This document shows, piece by piece, positions 13,893 through 27,155 of a stretch of 64,000 nt of DNA. A program made the translations under genes and the position numbers. The stretch comes from Octopus vulgaris (Eukaryota). Under the pieces are notes generated by a model. The model was not told where the DNA came from. It was given only the letters and a program-made list of their open reading frames with translations, and ran no database searches. The stretch is from positions 59,086,001 through 59,150,000 of the forward strand of contig OX597828.1 in assembly GCA_951406725.2 (NCBI GenBank), in the 5' to 3' direction. The first letter of the stretch is position 1, and each line of letters starts with the position of its first letter.

Positions 13893-14128
13893 TATATATA
13901 TATATATTTATGAGGAAAAGAGGGGATCAACACAGAACCTCAGGGAATACCAGAATTGAGAGGGTGTGCATCAGAGACAGCTCCATCAGTTATGCTGTGT
14001 TGTGCAATCTGTGAGGAAGACTGTGATCCTAAAGATAATAGACAGACTGAGCCCACAGATGAACAATTCTGGATATTTGCATGTGAGATGTGGCCAAATA
14101 CTTTGATGATATCTTGTGTAACAACATA

Positions 14129-14670
14129 TTGGGTTGTCCGGAAAGTTCATGCCGATTTATAGTAGCTTACCTTTCGACTTATTTTAGAACATGGTTGAGT
14201 TCATAAAATAGGATTTCACTACACCTCCATTTAGAGCACAGTTTAAGCTATCTTTTCATAAAAGAAGGTTTATGTTCCTATAACCTGTGTTAATTCTGTA
14301 ACCCTTTAAAATGGATGATAAGAAAGTTCATTTTCAGCACTTGATGCTTTGGGAACCAGACAAAAATTGCTGCAGCTCGGCTGGGATGTGTTACCCCACC
14401 ATCCATATTCACCAGATATTGCTCCTTCGGATTTCCACTTATTCAGGTCTCTGCAGAATAGTTTTAATGGTAAAAATTTCAATTCCTTGGATGACGTAAA
14501 AATATACCTTGATGAATTCTTTGTCATGAAACCACCTCAATTCTGGGAAGAGGGTATTTTCAAGTTAAAGGAAAGATGGAGACGCATTGTGCAACAAAAT
14601 GGTTTATATTTGGTTGATTAAAAATGTAATGGCAAGTATTTATTGACCTTTTTCTTTCTGGACAACCCAA
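14129..14670 (+). mobile_element. Internally deleted mariner transposon
   Basis: TA-flanked TIRs TTGGGTTGTCC(G/A)GAAAG. Transposase N-terminus MDDKKVHF fused to C-terminus GWDVLPHHPYSPDIAPSDFHLFRSLQN. Confidence 0.92.
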
Positions 14671-14753
14671 TAGTTTACACCAATTTTCTTGATGGTGAGA
14701 TCTCACTGGAAAGGGATATTGAGTAGATCTAGGTTCATGAAAACAGTTCATTA

Positions 14754-14786
<33 letters not shown>

Positions 14787-15135
14787 AGTCATAGTGTTTA
14801 AAAAGCTAGAAGTTAATGATTGCCTTTTTTATCAACTTACTCTAATAAATGGCTAACCTAGAAAAAAGGCTATTTTAAAAGAAAATATGGTTCCTGAATT
14901 TGTTGTTTTAACCCCAGGTTGTTCCTGATTAAGCAGGTCTATGATCAAAAGTATGACCATTATGTCTTCTTTTTCAGGCACAATATACCTTGGATTATAC
15001 TATCTATTATAATTTTTTCCTTCTTGAGAATAATAGTATGTATTAGAGGGATCTTCAACTACTATTTCTGATAGGATTAACCACATTGTTTCTCAAGTAT
15101 TACTGTAGAACAAAGATCAACGCAAATTATTTATA

Positions 15136-15346
15136 GTTGTATTTAGGAATGGTCATTTTGCCAGTTTAGCCAATAAAAACACCCGCACTATATATTTGGT
15201 GTTACTTTGCTTCAGCGTTATTTATTTTTTACATTAATCTTAATCTTATTGGCTAAACTGGCAAAATGACCATTCCTAAATACAACAGCATATGTTTCAA
15301 CACACGATTTCACATCAAGAATCTTGCAAAACAAATATATAAACAT
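15136..15346. mobile_element. Short retro-inserted element with a 41-bp perfect inverted repeat and a 13-bp target-site duplication
   Basis: Arms 15136-15176 / 15246-15286. AAATTATTTATAG at 15124-15136 and 15347-15359. Confidence 0.7.
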
Positions 15347-15873
15347 AAATTATTTATAGGTTTATGGTATAGTCACAGATATGCTGAGGTATTGTTCACC
15401 TGTCTTTAAAAAATGCTAAAATGTAAAAAAGAACAATAGAAACAGAATTATCGTTAAATTTTAGTTTATTCACCATTAGAAAAAACTAAAATCTAAATTC
15501 ACCCAACATATGGAAGCAGCTGTTCTGTTCTCATCAGGGGCTGTTGTACAAAACCTATGCTACCAGTAGAAAGGATGGAAAATCTCGTGTAAAACTAGTT
15601 GTGTGATCCAGACAGGAAATATCGATCTTCCTTTCAAATCATTGGTTTTTAAAGTAGAAATGGAAAAAGAATACAAAATATAATTTTAACTCTTGAAACT
15701 ATAAAATATGTAGGTATGTAGAAAGCATTTAAGACAAGTTCTGAGAATTGGTTAAAGTAAATGAGATGCAAATAAGAATCAAGAAGTGATGCCTCATTTA
15801 TAAGTTAAAGTAGGAGAATGTCATGTCAAGTTCATGCCAGGATGATAATTTGTTAATGAAATTTTCTTTCCAG

Positions 15874-16321
15874 TTGATGCTTCTAAAACAAAAGATGAGG
15901 GAAGTACAGATAACAAAAATGAACACCACACAAGTCTTTCTGAAAGTGACCCGTCCATTGATTTAATTTCCCAGACTTCTGCTCAGTTTACTAGCGAGAG
16001 TGCATCTGAATATAAGCCTCAGTCACAGTGTGAACTTCAATCTGAGCCTGATGACTTATTACAAAAGCTGGACCTTGTCTCTGTGGAGTATCCTACAAAA
16101 TCTGATACCTTGACTAATTCAATTAAAGAGGTAGCCCCTTCATTGCATTGTGGAAACTCCTTCAAAGAAGAAAACTATGGATTGGGACCAGACTTGGAAG
16201 AACTGACCCTTTCTTCTACAGTGAAAGTGTCCGTTTGCATTGTTATGTCACCTTATTGTTTCTGGGTGCAACTTACAGACATTGCCGAAAGCAACCTGAT
16301 TCAGTTAGCAAAGGACATAAG
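15874..16321 (+). CDS. Tudor-domain protein, exon 3 (S/E-rich linker then start of extended Tudor 1: VSVCIVMSPYCFWVQL)
   Basis: ttttctttccag acceptor, 448-nt open frame, AG|gtttgt donor, phase 1 to 2. The 'V..V.SP..FWVQ' motif is typical of eTudor N-terminal strands. Confidence 0.88.
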
Positions 16322-16567
16322 GTTTGTTATGTATTGTCTTTCTTTTTAAAAAGTTACTCTCATAAAGACAATATCTTAACCAATTGAAGGCCAAAGCTAA
16401 TCCTTTTCTTGCTAATTCTTTTCTGAAGCCAAAGAGTTCATGGAACTAGAGCTTCTCCCCAATTTCTATTAACCCATCCTTGCGTTGTTATCTTTTTGTT
16501 TTCTTATTTGGATTAACTTTATATATATATATAGCATGGAAAACGGACGCTAAATGATGATGATATA

Positions 16568-16610
<43 letters not shown>

Positions 16611-16619
16611 ACACACATA

Positions 16620-17223
16620 TCATAAATAAGGGCAAAAGAAAAAATTTCTGATGCCAAATATGCCGAAAAATTGGACATATCATCCATTAACCATATAATT
16701 TTTTCACAATACGCACGCTACTCGAAAAAAGGTCGACAGAAATTTCTAAAAAATTCCATTATTATCATATCAGACCAATTTCAGGGTTAGCTCATAACAG
16801 CCCTCCCTTCGTCAGTGATACATGTGGCAAAAGAAATAAATGAGATACTTACTCATACCCATGGAAGAAGCAAACACTAAGTCATGAGCACAATTAAGTA
16901 CCCCAAATACATCCAAAATAGAAATACTCCAGCCCATTCAAGACATGTGCGATTTGAACTGAGGCCCTCACAGAGTGAGGGAGTCCGGAAGTGAACGCTT
17001 AAACTTATATCTATCTAATGTAGGATAAAATGTTTTTCAAAAAAAAATTCTTTTTGAAAAAAATTTTATCAATGGCCAGCATATTAAAAAATACCTTTAA
17101 AGGTTAAATTTATAAATTTATAAATTTAACCTTTAAAGGTATTTTTTAATATGCTGGCCATTAATAAAATTTTTTCGAAAATAATTTTTTTTGAAAAAAA
17201 TTTTATCCTACATTAGATATAAG
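16620..17223 (-). mobile_element. Penelope-type non-autonomous element with hammerhead and terminal spacerless palindrome (17004-17223)
   Basis: Between (TA)n tracts, hammerhead at 16766-16822, ~110-bp arms centred between 17116 and 17117. Confidence 0.6.
16766..16822 (-). ncRNA. Minimal type I hammerhead-like motif
   Basis: TATCA-CTGACGA-AGGG[18 nt]CCCT-GAAA-TTG-GTC-TGATA. Intact core, stems I and II pair, GUC triplet, stem III ATTGGT (likely from the ACCGGT palindrome). Confidence 0.7.
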
Positions 17224-18120
17224 AAATGTATACAGACATATATATATATATATGCGACAGGCTTCTTTCTGTTTCTGTCTACCCAATCCACTCACAAGGC
17301 TTTGGTTGGCCCGAGGCTATAGTATGCCCAAGGTGCCATGCAGTGGGAATGAACCTGGAACCATGTAGTTGGTAAGCAAGCTACTTAACGCACACCCACT
17401 CCTGCGCCTAAAAAATGACAGACGAAATACCGCTGAGCATTTCGCCCGGCACACTAACATTTCTGCCAGCTCACTACCTGCCCACAAAGTCCTCACAAAT
17501 ATTGGTTGATCTACAGTTGTTGAAACTCAACATCAGTTACACCCAGTTTGGAAGGTGTTGCAAAGACCATTGGCACATTTTTTTATTTTATTCATTTCAT
17601 ATATTTATGTACATAAAACTGTTATTTCTGTTTGCGGTAGAATATAGATTGTCAGGAACACGTTTCCTCTTTCTGTCCCTCTCAGCCCTCTTAGCAGTGA
17701 ATTTAGTTAGAGAAAGTTTAGTATAAGCAGCATCATCATCATCATTTTAATGTCCACTTTTCCATGAGTTGGATAGAATTTTTTGAAATGAATTTTCTAC
17801 ACCCATATGCCCTTCCTGTCACCAATCTTACCCAAGTAAGCTAATATTTCCCTATGATCTGATATGTTTCCAATCATAGAAGACTGGAAACAAACAATAT
17901 TGTCTGTATAGTAGTGACACTCATTTGCAACTTTCATGTGATGTCAAGGCAAAGTGACAGTAACACATACAAATACATAACCATGTACTTACATTTTTGT
18001 GTGTGTACATATATATATATATATATAAGGAGAGTTTACGAAAAAAACAACAAAAGATGAAAACAGGTGGTGTACAAAACAAACAGATGTATTAGTATAA
18101 TGCTCAGAAATAGAAAAAGT

Positions 18121-18156
18121 CTTTTACGTTTCGAGCCTATGCTCTTCTGCAGAAAG
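18121..18156 (-). ncRNA. Minimal hammerhead-like motif with non-canonical core in element 18027-18215
   Basis: CTTT-CTGCAGA-AGAGCATAGGCTC-GAAA-CG-TA-AAAG. Confidence 0.5.
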
Positions 18157-18218
18157 GGACACAGAAAACAAGGAGAGAAAAAAATGTATGTAGTGGCTTA
18201 CGATCTATCATGGCAATA

Positions 18219-18245
18219 CTATATATATATATATACACACACACA

Positions 18246-18326
<81 letters not shown>

Positions 18327-18564
18327 ATATGTATGTATATATATATGTATGTATGTATGTATGTATATATATATGTATATATATATGTATGTATGTATAT
18401 ATGTATGTATATATATATGTATGTATGTATGTATGTATATATATATGTATATATATATGTATGTATGTATGTATGTATATATATATGTATGTATGTATGT
18501 ATGTATATATATATGTATGTATATATATATGTATGTATATATATATATATATATATATGTATAT
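18219..18564. repeat. Compound (TA)/(CA)/(TATG) microsatellite
   Basis: Direct reading. It is the source of several spurious ORFs. Confidence 0.95.
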
Positions 18565-18904
18565 AGTGCCGCCTTACTGGCACGTGAACAAAACATACGA
18601 GCGAGGTCATTGCCAGTGCTGCTGGACTGACTTCTGTGCAGGTGGCATGTAAAAAACACCATTTTGAGTGTGGCCGTTGCCAGTACCACCAGACTGGCCC
18701 TCATGCCGGTGGCATATAAAAGCACCCACTACACTCTCGGAGTGGTTGGTGTTAGGAAGGGCATCCAGCTGTAGAAAGACTGCCAAATCAAGATTTGGAG
18801 CCTGGTGCAGCCATCTGGTTTTCCAGACCTCAGTCAACTCGTCCAACCCATGCTAGCATGGAAAGCAAACGTTAAATGATGATGATATATATATATATTG
18901 GTTG

Positions 18905-19205
18905 AGGGGACATGGTTTAGGGCTAGGGTATTGCACTTGCAATCTAGTGATCATGATTTCAATTCCTAGACCTGGTGGTGTGTTGTGTTCTTGAGCAAAA
19001 TAATTCATCTCACATTGCTCTGCAGTCACTTTGACACTGGATACGCGGTACACAGTATACCTGTTTAGACAACTTTGATTTGATGGAGAGAGTGAGCTAA
19101 TGTGTGGCCTGAACAACATTTGACCACTCGAAACAAATCATTTGTGCAGGTCATTCAGCAAAAGTTGAATGCTCATATGCTGTTTTCGGCGGGAGAGTCC
19201 ATCAC
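18905..19205 (+). mobile_element. tRNA-derived SINE; sister copy 758-1040, related head at 1670-1993 (-)
   Basis: Shared GTTGTGTTCTTGAGCAAAA..CTTCAT.TCACATTGCTC and GGAGAGTCCAT ends. Confidence 0.75.
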
Positions 19206-19430
19206 ATGCACACATATGTATGTATGTATGATGGACTTCTTTCAGTTTCTGTCTACCATATCCACTCACAAGGCTTTGGTCAGCCTAGGGCTATGATAGA
19301 AGACACTTGCTTTAGACTATGTGGCTGGAAATCAAACTTCTTACCACACAGCTATACCTGTGCTTTATATGTATAGAATTTTGTATTATATGTTTTGTAA
19401 CTGTACTTATAATATGTTTTTTTTATACAG

Positions 19431-19561
19431 TGAGCACATATCATCAGAAAATTGTCGAAGGATCAGACAACCGTTTGTTGGAATGAAATGCTTGGCACCA
19501 TATAGTGATGGATTTTTTTACAGAGCTAAAATTGTAAATATTTGTAAACCCAATAAAGAAG
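19431..19561 (+). CDS. Tudor-domain protein, exon 4 (VGMKCLAPYSDGFFYRAKIVNI)
   Basis: ttttatacag acceptor, G|gtaagt donor, phase 2 to 1. Tudor core motif G..C.A.Y.DG..YRA.I. Confidence 0.92.
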
Positions 19562-19658
19562 GTAAGTTACATTCTCTTTTTTCTTGATATGTCCACTGCA
19601 TTCTTGCTGCTAATACGAAACATCATGGAAGGGAATATATTTTTCAAATAAAAAATAT

Positions 19659-19877
19659 ATGATGGAGTGCTTAAAAGTTCCTGGTTTTGTGTTTTTGTGT
19701 AAAAGAAAATACTGGAGAGTCAGTTAATTATGATTTTATTCAACATATTTCTTTTCTCAGATTTACACATTCATTGCAGTGGGTGTTTTTCTTAGCACTG
19801 TAAAAGAACTTGGAAGGTTGGTCTTCCAACCAGGCCTTTCATGATACCATTAAAGCTAGGAACTTTTTAGCACCTCT
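19659..19877. mobile_element. Mariner-derived MITE (sister copy at 42161-42362)
   Basis: TIR-like TA(C/T)GA..G..TGC..AAAAGT.CCTGG ends, with internal similarity to 42161-42362 in reverse. Confidence 0.6.
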
Positions 19878-20057
19878 CTTTTTTTTATATGCGTGACTGA
19901 GGTAAGAAATTTGCTTCCCAACCATATGCTTCCAACTGCAGTCCCATTGTGTAGTACCTTGGGCAAGTGTCTTCTCCCCTAGCCTCAGGCTGACCAAAGC
20001 CTAGTGAGTGGATTTGGTAGATGGAATCTGAAAGAAGCCCAGTGTGTGTACCGCCAT

Positions 20058-20592
20058 GACCGACCAGTCCGTCGGGTGTCCATTTGACACCGCTGGTCAC
20101 AGCACGCTGGCCACTCCTCTCTGGATCGCGCCTTTCTCATCCACGTGATCCCAATGGTCCTCCTGAAATCATAACTCCACCATCGTGGAAGCCTTCCGGG
20201 TGGTCGTTTCCGCTTGCACGGGTACCACTTGACAACTGCGCGGGTCCACCGATTATCGGTGAGCCGGGCGATGTGTCCAGCCCATCTAAACTTGCTGCGT
20301 GTATACTCTGCGATGATATCCCCCACACCAGACTTCTTTCTGATGACCTCGCTACTGATGTGCTCTCTCAACGAGATACCAAGCATTGACCTTTCCATGG
20401 CTCTTTGAGCCGTTACCAGTCTTTGCTCTTCTCTCTTTGTTGTAGCCCATGTTTCTCTACTATACAATATTGCAGGTAGAACTTTATTATTGATGAGGTT
20501 GGCACGGGTGGTCCTGTCCAATCTTCCCTTGAGCACATCCCTTATGCCATTAAACGCCTTCCATCCAGCCCTTACTCTCCATGAGATCTCCT
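20058..20592 (-). mobile_element. RTE LINE 3' fragment of a different family, inserted into a SINE
   Basis: EISWRVRAGWKAF...LPAILY..ETW...QRAMERSMLG...KFRWAGHIAR..DNRWT. Confidence 0.88.
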
Positions 20593-21463
20593 TTTTGGTG
20601 TGTATCTTTGTGTCTGTGTTTGTCTCCCACAACTGCTTTACAACCAGTGTTGATTTGCTTACGTTCTTGTAATTTAGGAGTTTGGCAAAAGAGACCAATT
20701 GAATAAGTACCAGGCTACAAGAAATAAGGATCAGAGTTGATTCATTTGACAAAAATTCTTCAAGGCAGTGCCCCAGCATGGCCGTAGTTTAATGACAAAC
20801 AAATACAAATTGAGACATGCAATATCAGTGTCTATGTACAACAGAGTGTAAGTGTCTTGAGAGAAAAATTGGGTATACGAAGCATCAGGTGTAGTGTGCA
20901 AGAGAGGGACCTGTGTTGTTAGGGTCACTTGATGCATATGGATGAGGACAGCTGCATAAAGAAGTACTGATCTCTAACTCTGGAGGGAACCTGTAGAAGA
21001 AGTTGACCTAGGAAGGTGTGGGATGAAGTGGTGAAGTATGATCTTTGGAGTTTGGCTCTCATGGAGGTGATGACAAGACCATTGGTGATTTGCTGTGCTT
21101 GAGAAGACACATCAAGCAAAGTGAAGCCATAATTGGAACCAGTGCCGGTGACATGTAAAAGACATCAAGTACACTCTGTGGAGTGGTTGGCATTAGGAAG
21201 GATATCGAGCCATAGAAACTAAGCCAAACCAGACTGGAACCTGGTGCAGCTCTCTGGCTTACCAGTTTCAGCCAAACCATCTAACCCATGTTAGCATGGA
21301 GAATGGACACTAAATGATCATGATGAAATGAGAAAAAAAATAATGAATCAAATATTATTTGGAGAAAATGCAATAAAGAAAGAAAGTTTACACATAACAA
21401 GAATAATTTTCAGTGTGTATGTATAGGCATGGCTGTCTGGTAAGACGCTTGCTTTGAAACCAT

Positions 21464-22370
21464 ATGAATATAAAATTAGCCAGAATTGTTGAAAATAGTA
21501 ATAATAATAATAATAATTATAATGATGATGATGATGACAACAACAACAGCAACAACAATAATAATAAAAATAATAGCAATAATAATAATTATATTAATAA
21601 TAATAATAATGATAGTACTGTTATCTATAACTTAAACCCCCAAAATGAAAATAGTAGTATTGAGAATGATGGGGTGAATAGAAGGAACAGTGGTAGCACT
21701 TCTAATAAAAACATTATGGACTATAGTCCCAGTATATATATATATGGGCATGGAAACTACTTGTATGCCTGATGTTGCAGAGGCAATTTTATATGATAAT
21801 ACAATTGAAGTGGAGTTAGAAAATAACAGATGTGAACATAACATACTTGATAATGTAATTATTAATAGCGAAAATATTAGCAATAAGAATATAATTGAAA
21901 TCTTAATAATACTAATATTAATAATAATAATTCTCCTAGTTGCAATTGTAGAGTTAAATCCCACTGTCCATTATTAGGCCAATGTCTTACTCAGAACATA
22001 GTATATAAATGCACAATAATAACTACAACTAATAATTATATTTACTTCGGTTGTTCGATTAATTTGAAACAGTGCATATACAATCATGTGTCGTCCTTTA
22101 AACTTAAACATTAGGTGAATTGTATGTCATCATCCAGTAAGATTTGGGAACTGAAAGAAAGTGGAATTGGGTTTAACCTCAAATGGGAAATAATAAGAAA
22201 AGCTCAGCCTTATAGAAATAGCAGATATGGGTGTGAGCTTTACTCAATGGAAACATGAAATTTTTAAGCATAAAGATAATGGCAACCTGATTAATAATTG
22301 ATTAGACCTTAGGGTATCATGTGTACATAGTGCCACCCATACCTTCAAATATTTTAGAAAGTAGCACTTT
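21464..22370 (+). pseudogene. Decayed Penelope-like element: Asn-rich linker + GIY-YIG endonuclease
   Basis: From 21941 reads CNCRVKSHCPLLGQCLTQNIVYKCTI...YIYFGCSINLKQCIYNHVSSFKLKH*...KIWELKE...FNLKWEIIRKAQPY...CEL, the PLE GIY-YIG signature, with stops. Confidence 0.82.
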
Positions 22371-22664
22371 ATTGATCTTGGGTTTTAAAACCTATAATGT
22401 ACCTCTTAATTTAAAATCAGTGCATAGGTAGCATGCCCTACAGCATTAATTTTCCTTTAGTTAATACTGGGTATCAGTGATTATAGACACAAGCTAATTA
22501 AGTAAATAAACAATTTTTAGTTTTAAATACTTGAATTATTACACATTTTCTATAAATCTTCTCTATTGAAGTTACTAAGTTGTATATATACTTCATGATT
22601 TTAGGGATTAAGCCATGAGTGCTTTACACCACCAGCAGGATCGGTCTTAACACTTCTGCTGTGG

Positions 22665-23945
22665 GTACAGGTCTTTTTGAGTACAGCCAGGCACCATGCA
22701 TCTTGGTCATTTGTCATCCTGCCTGATGAAAACTAGCCTCATTCCTTTCTAACCTTTGCAGGTCCTCTGCATTCAGGGCCCATGTCTCACTACCATGTAG
22801 AATTACTGTCCGTGTACATGCATAATACAATCTTCCTTTCACTCAGAGGGGAAAACTTTCTGTGGTCAACAAAAGTAACAGCTCTCTAAATTTCCTCCAT
22901 CCTATTCTTATTTTAGCTATCACACTCTCTGTGCATCCTCCCCCACCACTAATTTGGTCCTCTAGGTAGCAGAAATTATATACTACCTTTAACGAGCCAC
23001 CAATGCATTTGCGAAAATCAATTTCCTGAGTCTCTAAGGTTTTTATGGACCCTGTGCATCTTCCAAATATAGAAACTACCTTCTCTGATAACTTTCCACT
23101 TAACCCACTGCACACCCAGGTACACCATATGGAGTTTCTGCTTACAGTTTTCCTACAAATTGGACAGAGCTACCTACCTGAGGAGTGTAGGGTCCTGTCA
23201 GTTTTCTTATTTATTAGGACCTTAGTCTTTGTTAAGTTAACCTTAACGCCCTTAAATTCCAGGTTTTGTTTCCACACCTGGAATTTTTCATCAAGCTCTG
23301 ATATAGAATCTGCTATGGGGGCCAAATCATTAGCATATATTAGTTCCCAGGGGCTGCCAGTCTTGTTTTTCTTTGTTATGGCCTGGAGGATAATGGTAAA
23401 AAGGAAAGGACTAAGGACTGAGCCTTGATGAACCCCTACCTGTTCACCAAATTCTTTGCTGTAATTGTGGTTAACTCTCATCTTACTGACAGCATCTTTG
23501 CACATAGTCTGTACAGCTTTCACCAGCCACTCATCTATCCCTAGCCTCTTCAGAACTCACCATATCACACAGCGGGGCACTCTATCGAAGGTTTTCTGTA
23601 GATTAACAAATGCTAGGTATAAGGGTTTATTCTTAGCTAAGTACTTCTCTTAGTGTTGCCTGACTATGAAAATAGCATTGGTAGTGCTTCTTCCAAAGAC
23701 AAAACTGAACTACATTTCGTCTAGCCTAATTCTGCTCTTAATTAATCGAGCAATAACTCTCTCTGTAACTTTCTTCACCTGGTCCAAGAGTTTGAACCCT
23801 CTATAATTGCTTCTATCTAATGCATCACCCCTACCCTTGTAACAACTAACAATTACGCTGCTACGCCAGTATCTGTATGTATATTACCTTCCTGAATGAC
23901 CTGATTAACTTTGCAGGTGACTACCCCATATCCTGCCTTACTAGA
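22665..23945 (-). mobile_element. Decayed RTE LINE of the same family
   Basis: ORF pieces GVHQGSVLSPFLF, ELIYANDL, IRIGWRKFRELL, with frameshifts. Confidence 0.88.
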
Positions 23946-24654
23946 TATTACTAATGTAAGATTTTTTTTTAATACTATAAAAAAAGTTAAATTTTATTTT
24001 TCCGTGGACAGTGGTATATTGGTTCCTGCTTATTATAATTAACAAAACAGAAGAAACAAAACAAAATGTCTGTAGTTGAAGACATTAATGAAACATAAAT
24101 TTATATTCTTAATGATATTCCAATTAAGATATGAGGTGTAAAATTGAGCTTGTCATGTTGGATCTGTAAGAGTAAACAGGAAGGTAAGAGTGTACTTACA
24201 AAGTGTAAGTGGTTTCGGTGTCGATAATTTTCACATAACAATGAACCAGTTGAAACATTACTTGGCCTACTTTATTCAAATTATAATCATCATCATTACT
24301 GTTTAATGTCTATGGTCTATGCTAGCACAGGTAGAACAATCTGACAGGATGTGACAGGTTCAAAGATAAAATCATGCACCAGTATCTGCTTTGGCATTGT
24401 TTTTGTGGTTGGACGGTCTTTCTAATATTGACCACTTGACTACTTGTATTGGGTACTTTTTACATGGCACTCACACTAGTGAGACTGAAGATCCCCTTCA
24501 GACTGAGTGGAACTACAGGAAAGAGGGAGGTGGGTTTATGCTATGAGATGGGTTGGTGGTGGTGGTAGTGGTGAAAATGAAACAATTATATAGACACTAT
24601 GTAGTAGGCAAAATATACTGTAATATAATAAGGATACTGTAATATAATAAGGAC

Positions 24655-24982
24655 ATGCCGGTGGCATGTAGGAGGCACCATTCGAGCGTGATCATTACCA
24701 GCGTCGCCTTACTGGCACCTGTGCCGTTGGCATGTGTAAAAAATTCAAGCGAGGTCATTGCCAGGACCACCTGACTGGCCCCCGTGCCGGTGGCACATAA
24801 AAGCACCCACTACACTCTCGGAGTGGTTGGCATTAGGAAGGGCATCCAGCTGTAGAAACTCTGCCAAATCAAGATTGGAGCCTGGTGCAGCCGTCTGGTT
24901 CGCCAGCCCACAGTCAAACCGTCCAACCCATGCTAGCATGGAAAGCGGACGTTAAATGATGATGATGATGATGATGATGATC
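24655..24982 (+). mobile_element. RTE 3'-UTR-only insertion; similar copies at 2165-2360, 18585-18885, 33950-34180, 40495-40690, 47905-48305, 61215-61505 (+) and 5660-6045, 45335-45760 (-)
   Basis: Match the 3' UTR of the 34538 LINE and end in (GAT)n. Confidence 0.85.
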
Positions 24983-25656
24983 ATTGCAGTACTGTTCTTA
25001 TGAAATATGACACTATATATAACCCTATATCATAGATTAATATCTTTGTATGTAATTGTTATTGCAAGAAACCTATCCAGAAAGAACAGGTTTGTTGTTG
25101 GGAAAGAGCTGTACAGCTACTTACATAATAGAAGAAAAAGTTGGGAGTGGCTATAATAGGAGCATTTCCTGTACAGTAACAAACCTATTCTCTCCAAACC
25201 TTTCCTTCTCACTAACCTCTCATCCAACAGCATAAAGCTAACAAGTAAAACTGCAAACAGGATTATATCCTGTTTCATAATATTTACATTTTATTTGAAA
25301 TTAGATTATTTCTACTTTTCCTGGTTGAAATGATTATGAATCTTTATGCATTAAAAACATTGTGTCTAATATTCATCCGGACTCTCCTGCCTCATAGGAC
25401 CAGGCCATCATTGTGGCTTCTGTGGTGAGTTGGTCCTTTTACAGGGTAGGGGCACTGTTCCTGCACTCAACCTTTCTTCTTTATCAGCTTGGTTTAGGAT
25501 AGGCTATGGTGGGGTTAGATATCATTCAAAAGGTAAATAATTGTTAGGAAAGGGCTTTGATAATTGCTCATTGTTGTAAATTTGTGACCCTTGAAAACAA
25601 AGACAAATTTTAACCCTTTTGCATTCAGATTATTCTGTCAAATGTAAAACTTATTA

Positions 25657-26169
25657 CCGTAAATCCTTGAGTATAATCCACATTTTCCCCCCAAAATTTA
25701 AGGGTCAAAATCCCTAGTGCATACTGTATACAAGGTTAAAAATGAAAATTATTTTCTAAGCAATGTCTGAGTCTCTATTAGCTCTCCGGCAATGTTTATT
25801 CAGACGCATTTTGTGATGTCGGGCGCGAAAATACCTTAAGCTAAGCCTTAAAGCAATGAAGTCATAAAAGAATCATCCATAACTTTCAATAAGCAACATT
25901 TATTAAACGTTATTACTATTATTTCTTTATTTTCTGCAAACAAAATGCACAAAAAAAGCTACACGTTTGCATTATGTAATATATACAATAATAATAAAGG
26001 ACGTTAGTGTATACATTTTTACAAACCAAGGACGTTATATAGACCTCCTTGACTCAAGTTAGAGATGAGGTGCGTATTATACACAAGGTTTAGGTTTTTC
26101 AGAGGTACAGCCACCTAAAAGTCCCATGTGTATTATACTCAAGGGCGGACTATACTTGAGGATTTACAG
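25657..26169. mobile_element. TA-target MITE (TIR CCGTAAATCCTYGAGTATA) nested in a TTAA-target MITE 25614-26342
   Basis: TA duplication, long TIRs, host MITE continues on both sides. Confidence 0.85.
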
Positions 26170-27110
26170 TAATTCATATTGTTTTGAACTAATCAAGCAT
26201 TATCTTGTTACTTTGAGATTTTTGTAATTGTTTACTTTTAGAATGACATTATTGGGTAAACGGGATAGGCCAGATCTGGCCAGTTTGTACATAACTCATG
26301 TAGATAAACCAGCTGGATATGGATGGTTTAAATGCTAAAGGATTAAATACCTATTTCTTTACTACCCACAAGGGGCTACACACAGAGGGGACAAACAAGG
26401 ACAGACAAACTGATTAAGTCGATTACATCGACCCCCGTACGTAACTGGTAGTTAATTTATCGATCCCGAAAGGATGAAAGGCAAAGTCGACCTCGGTGGA
26501 ATTTGAACTCAGAACATAATGGCTGACAAAATACCACTAATCATTTCGCCCAGCATGCTAACGTTTCTGCCAGCTCGCCGCCTAAAGGATTAAATATCAT
26601 TAAACTTTCACTTTAAGAATAATCAATCAAATAGCAATTTCATATAAAAATATCTATGTAATGATATTTTTCATAGGTGTCCTATTTTATCAAAAAGTAT
26701 CACAGGAATACAATTACTCGATTACAGTATATTTCTTCTTCCTGTTAAACAACTTCTGTCTGGTGCGGAATAGTTAGTAACCCATAAGCTGCATTAGGTT
26801 CTACCACAGTTTGCAATTGCTCTCTTTTACTTGTTTCAGTCATTTGACTGTGGCCATGCTGGAGCACCGCCTTTAGTCGAGCAAATTGACCCCAAGACTT
26901 ATTCTTTGTAAGCCTAGTACTTATTCTACCGGTCTCTTTTGCCAAACTGCTAAGTTACGGGGACGGAAACACACCAGCATCAGTTGTCAAGTGATGTTGG
27001 GGGGACAAACACAGACACACAAACACATGCACACACATACATCATCATCATCATCATCATCGTTTAACGTCCACTTTCCATGCTAGCATGGGTTGGACCA
27101 AGCATGGGTT

Positions 27111-27155
<45 letters not shown>

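Noticed and set aside
18067-18725. Overlapping Y/I/M/V/H-rich ORFs (also 290-733, 44377-44785, 53898-54552)
   Set aside because: Microsatellite translations.
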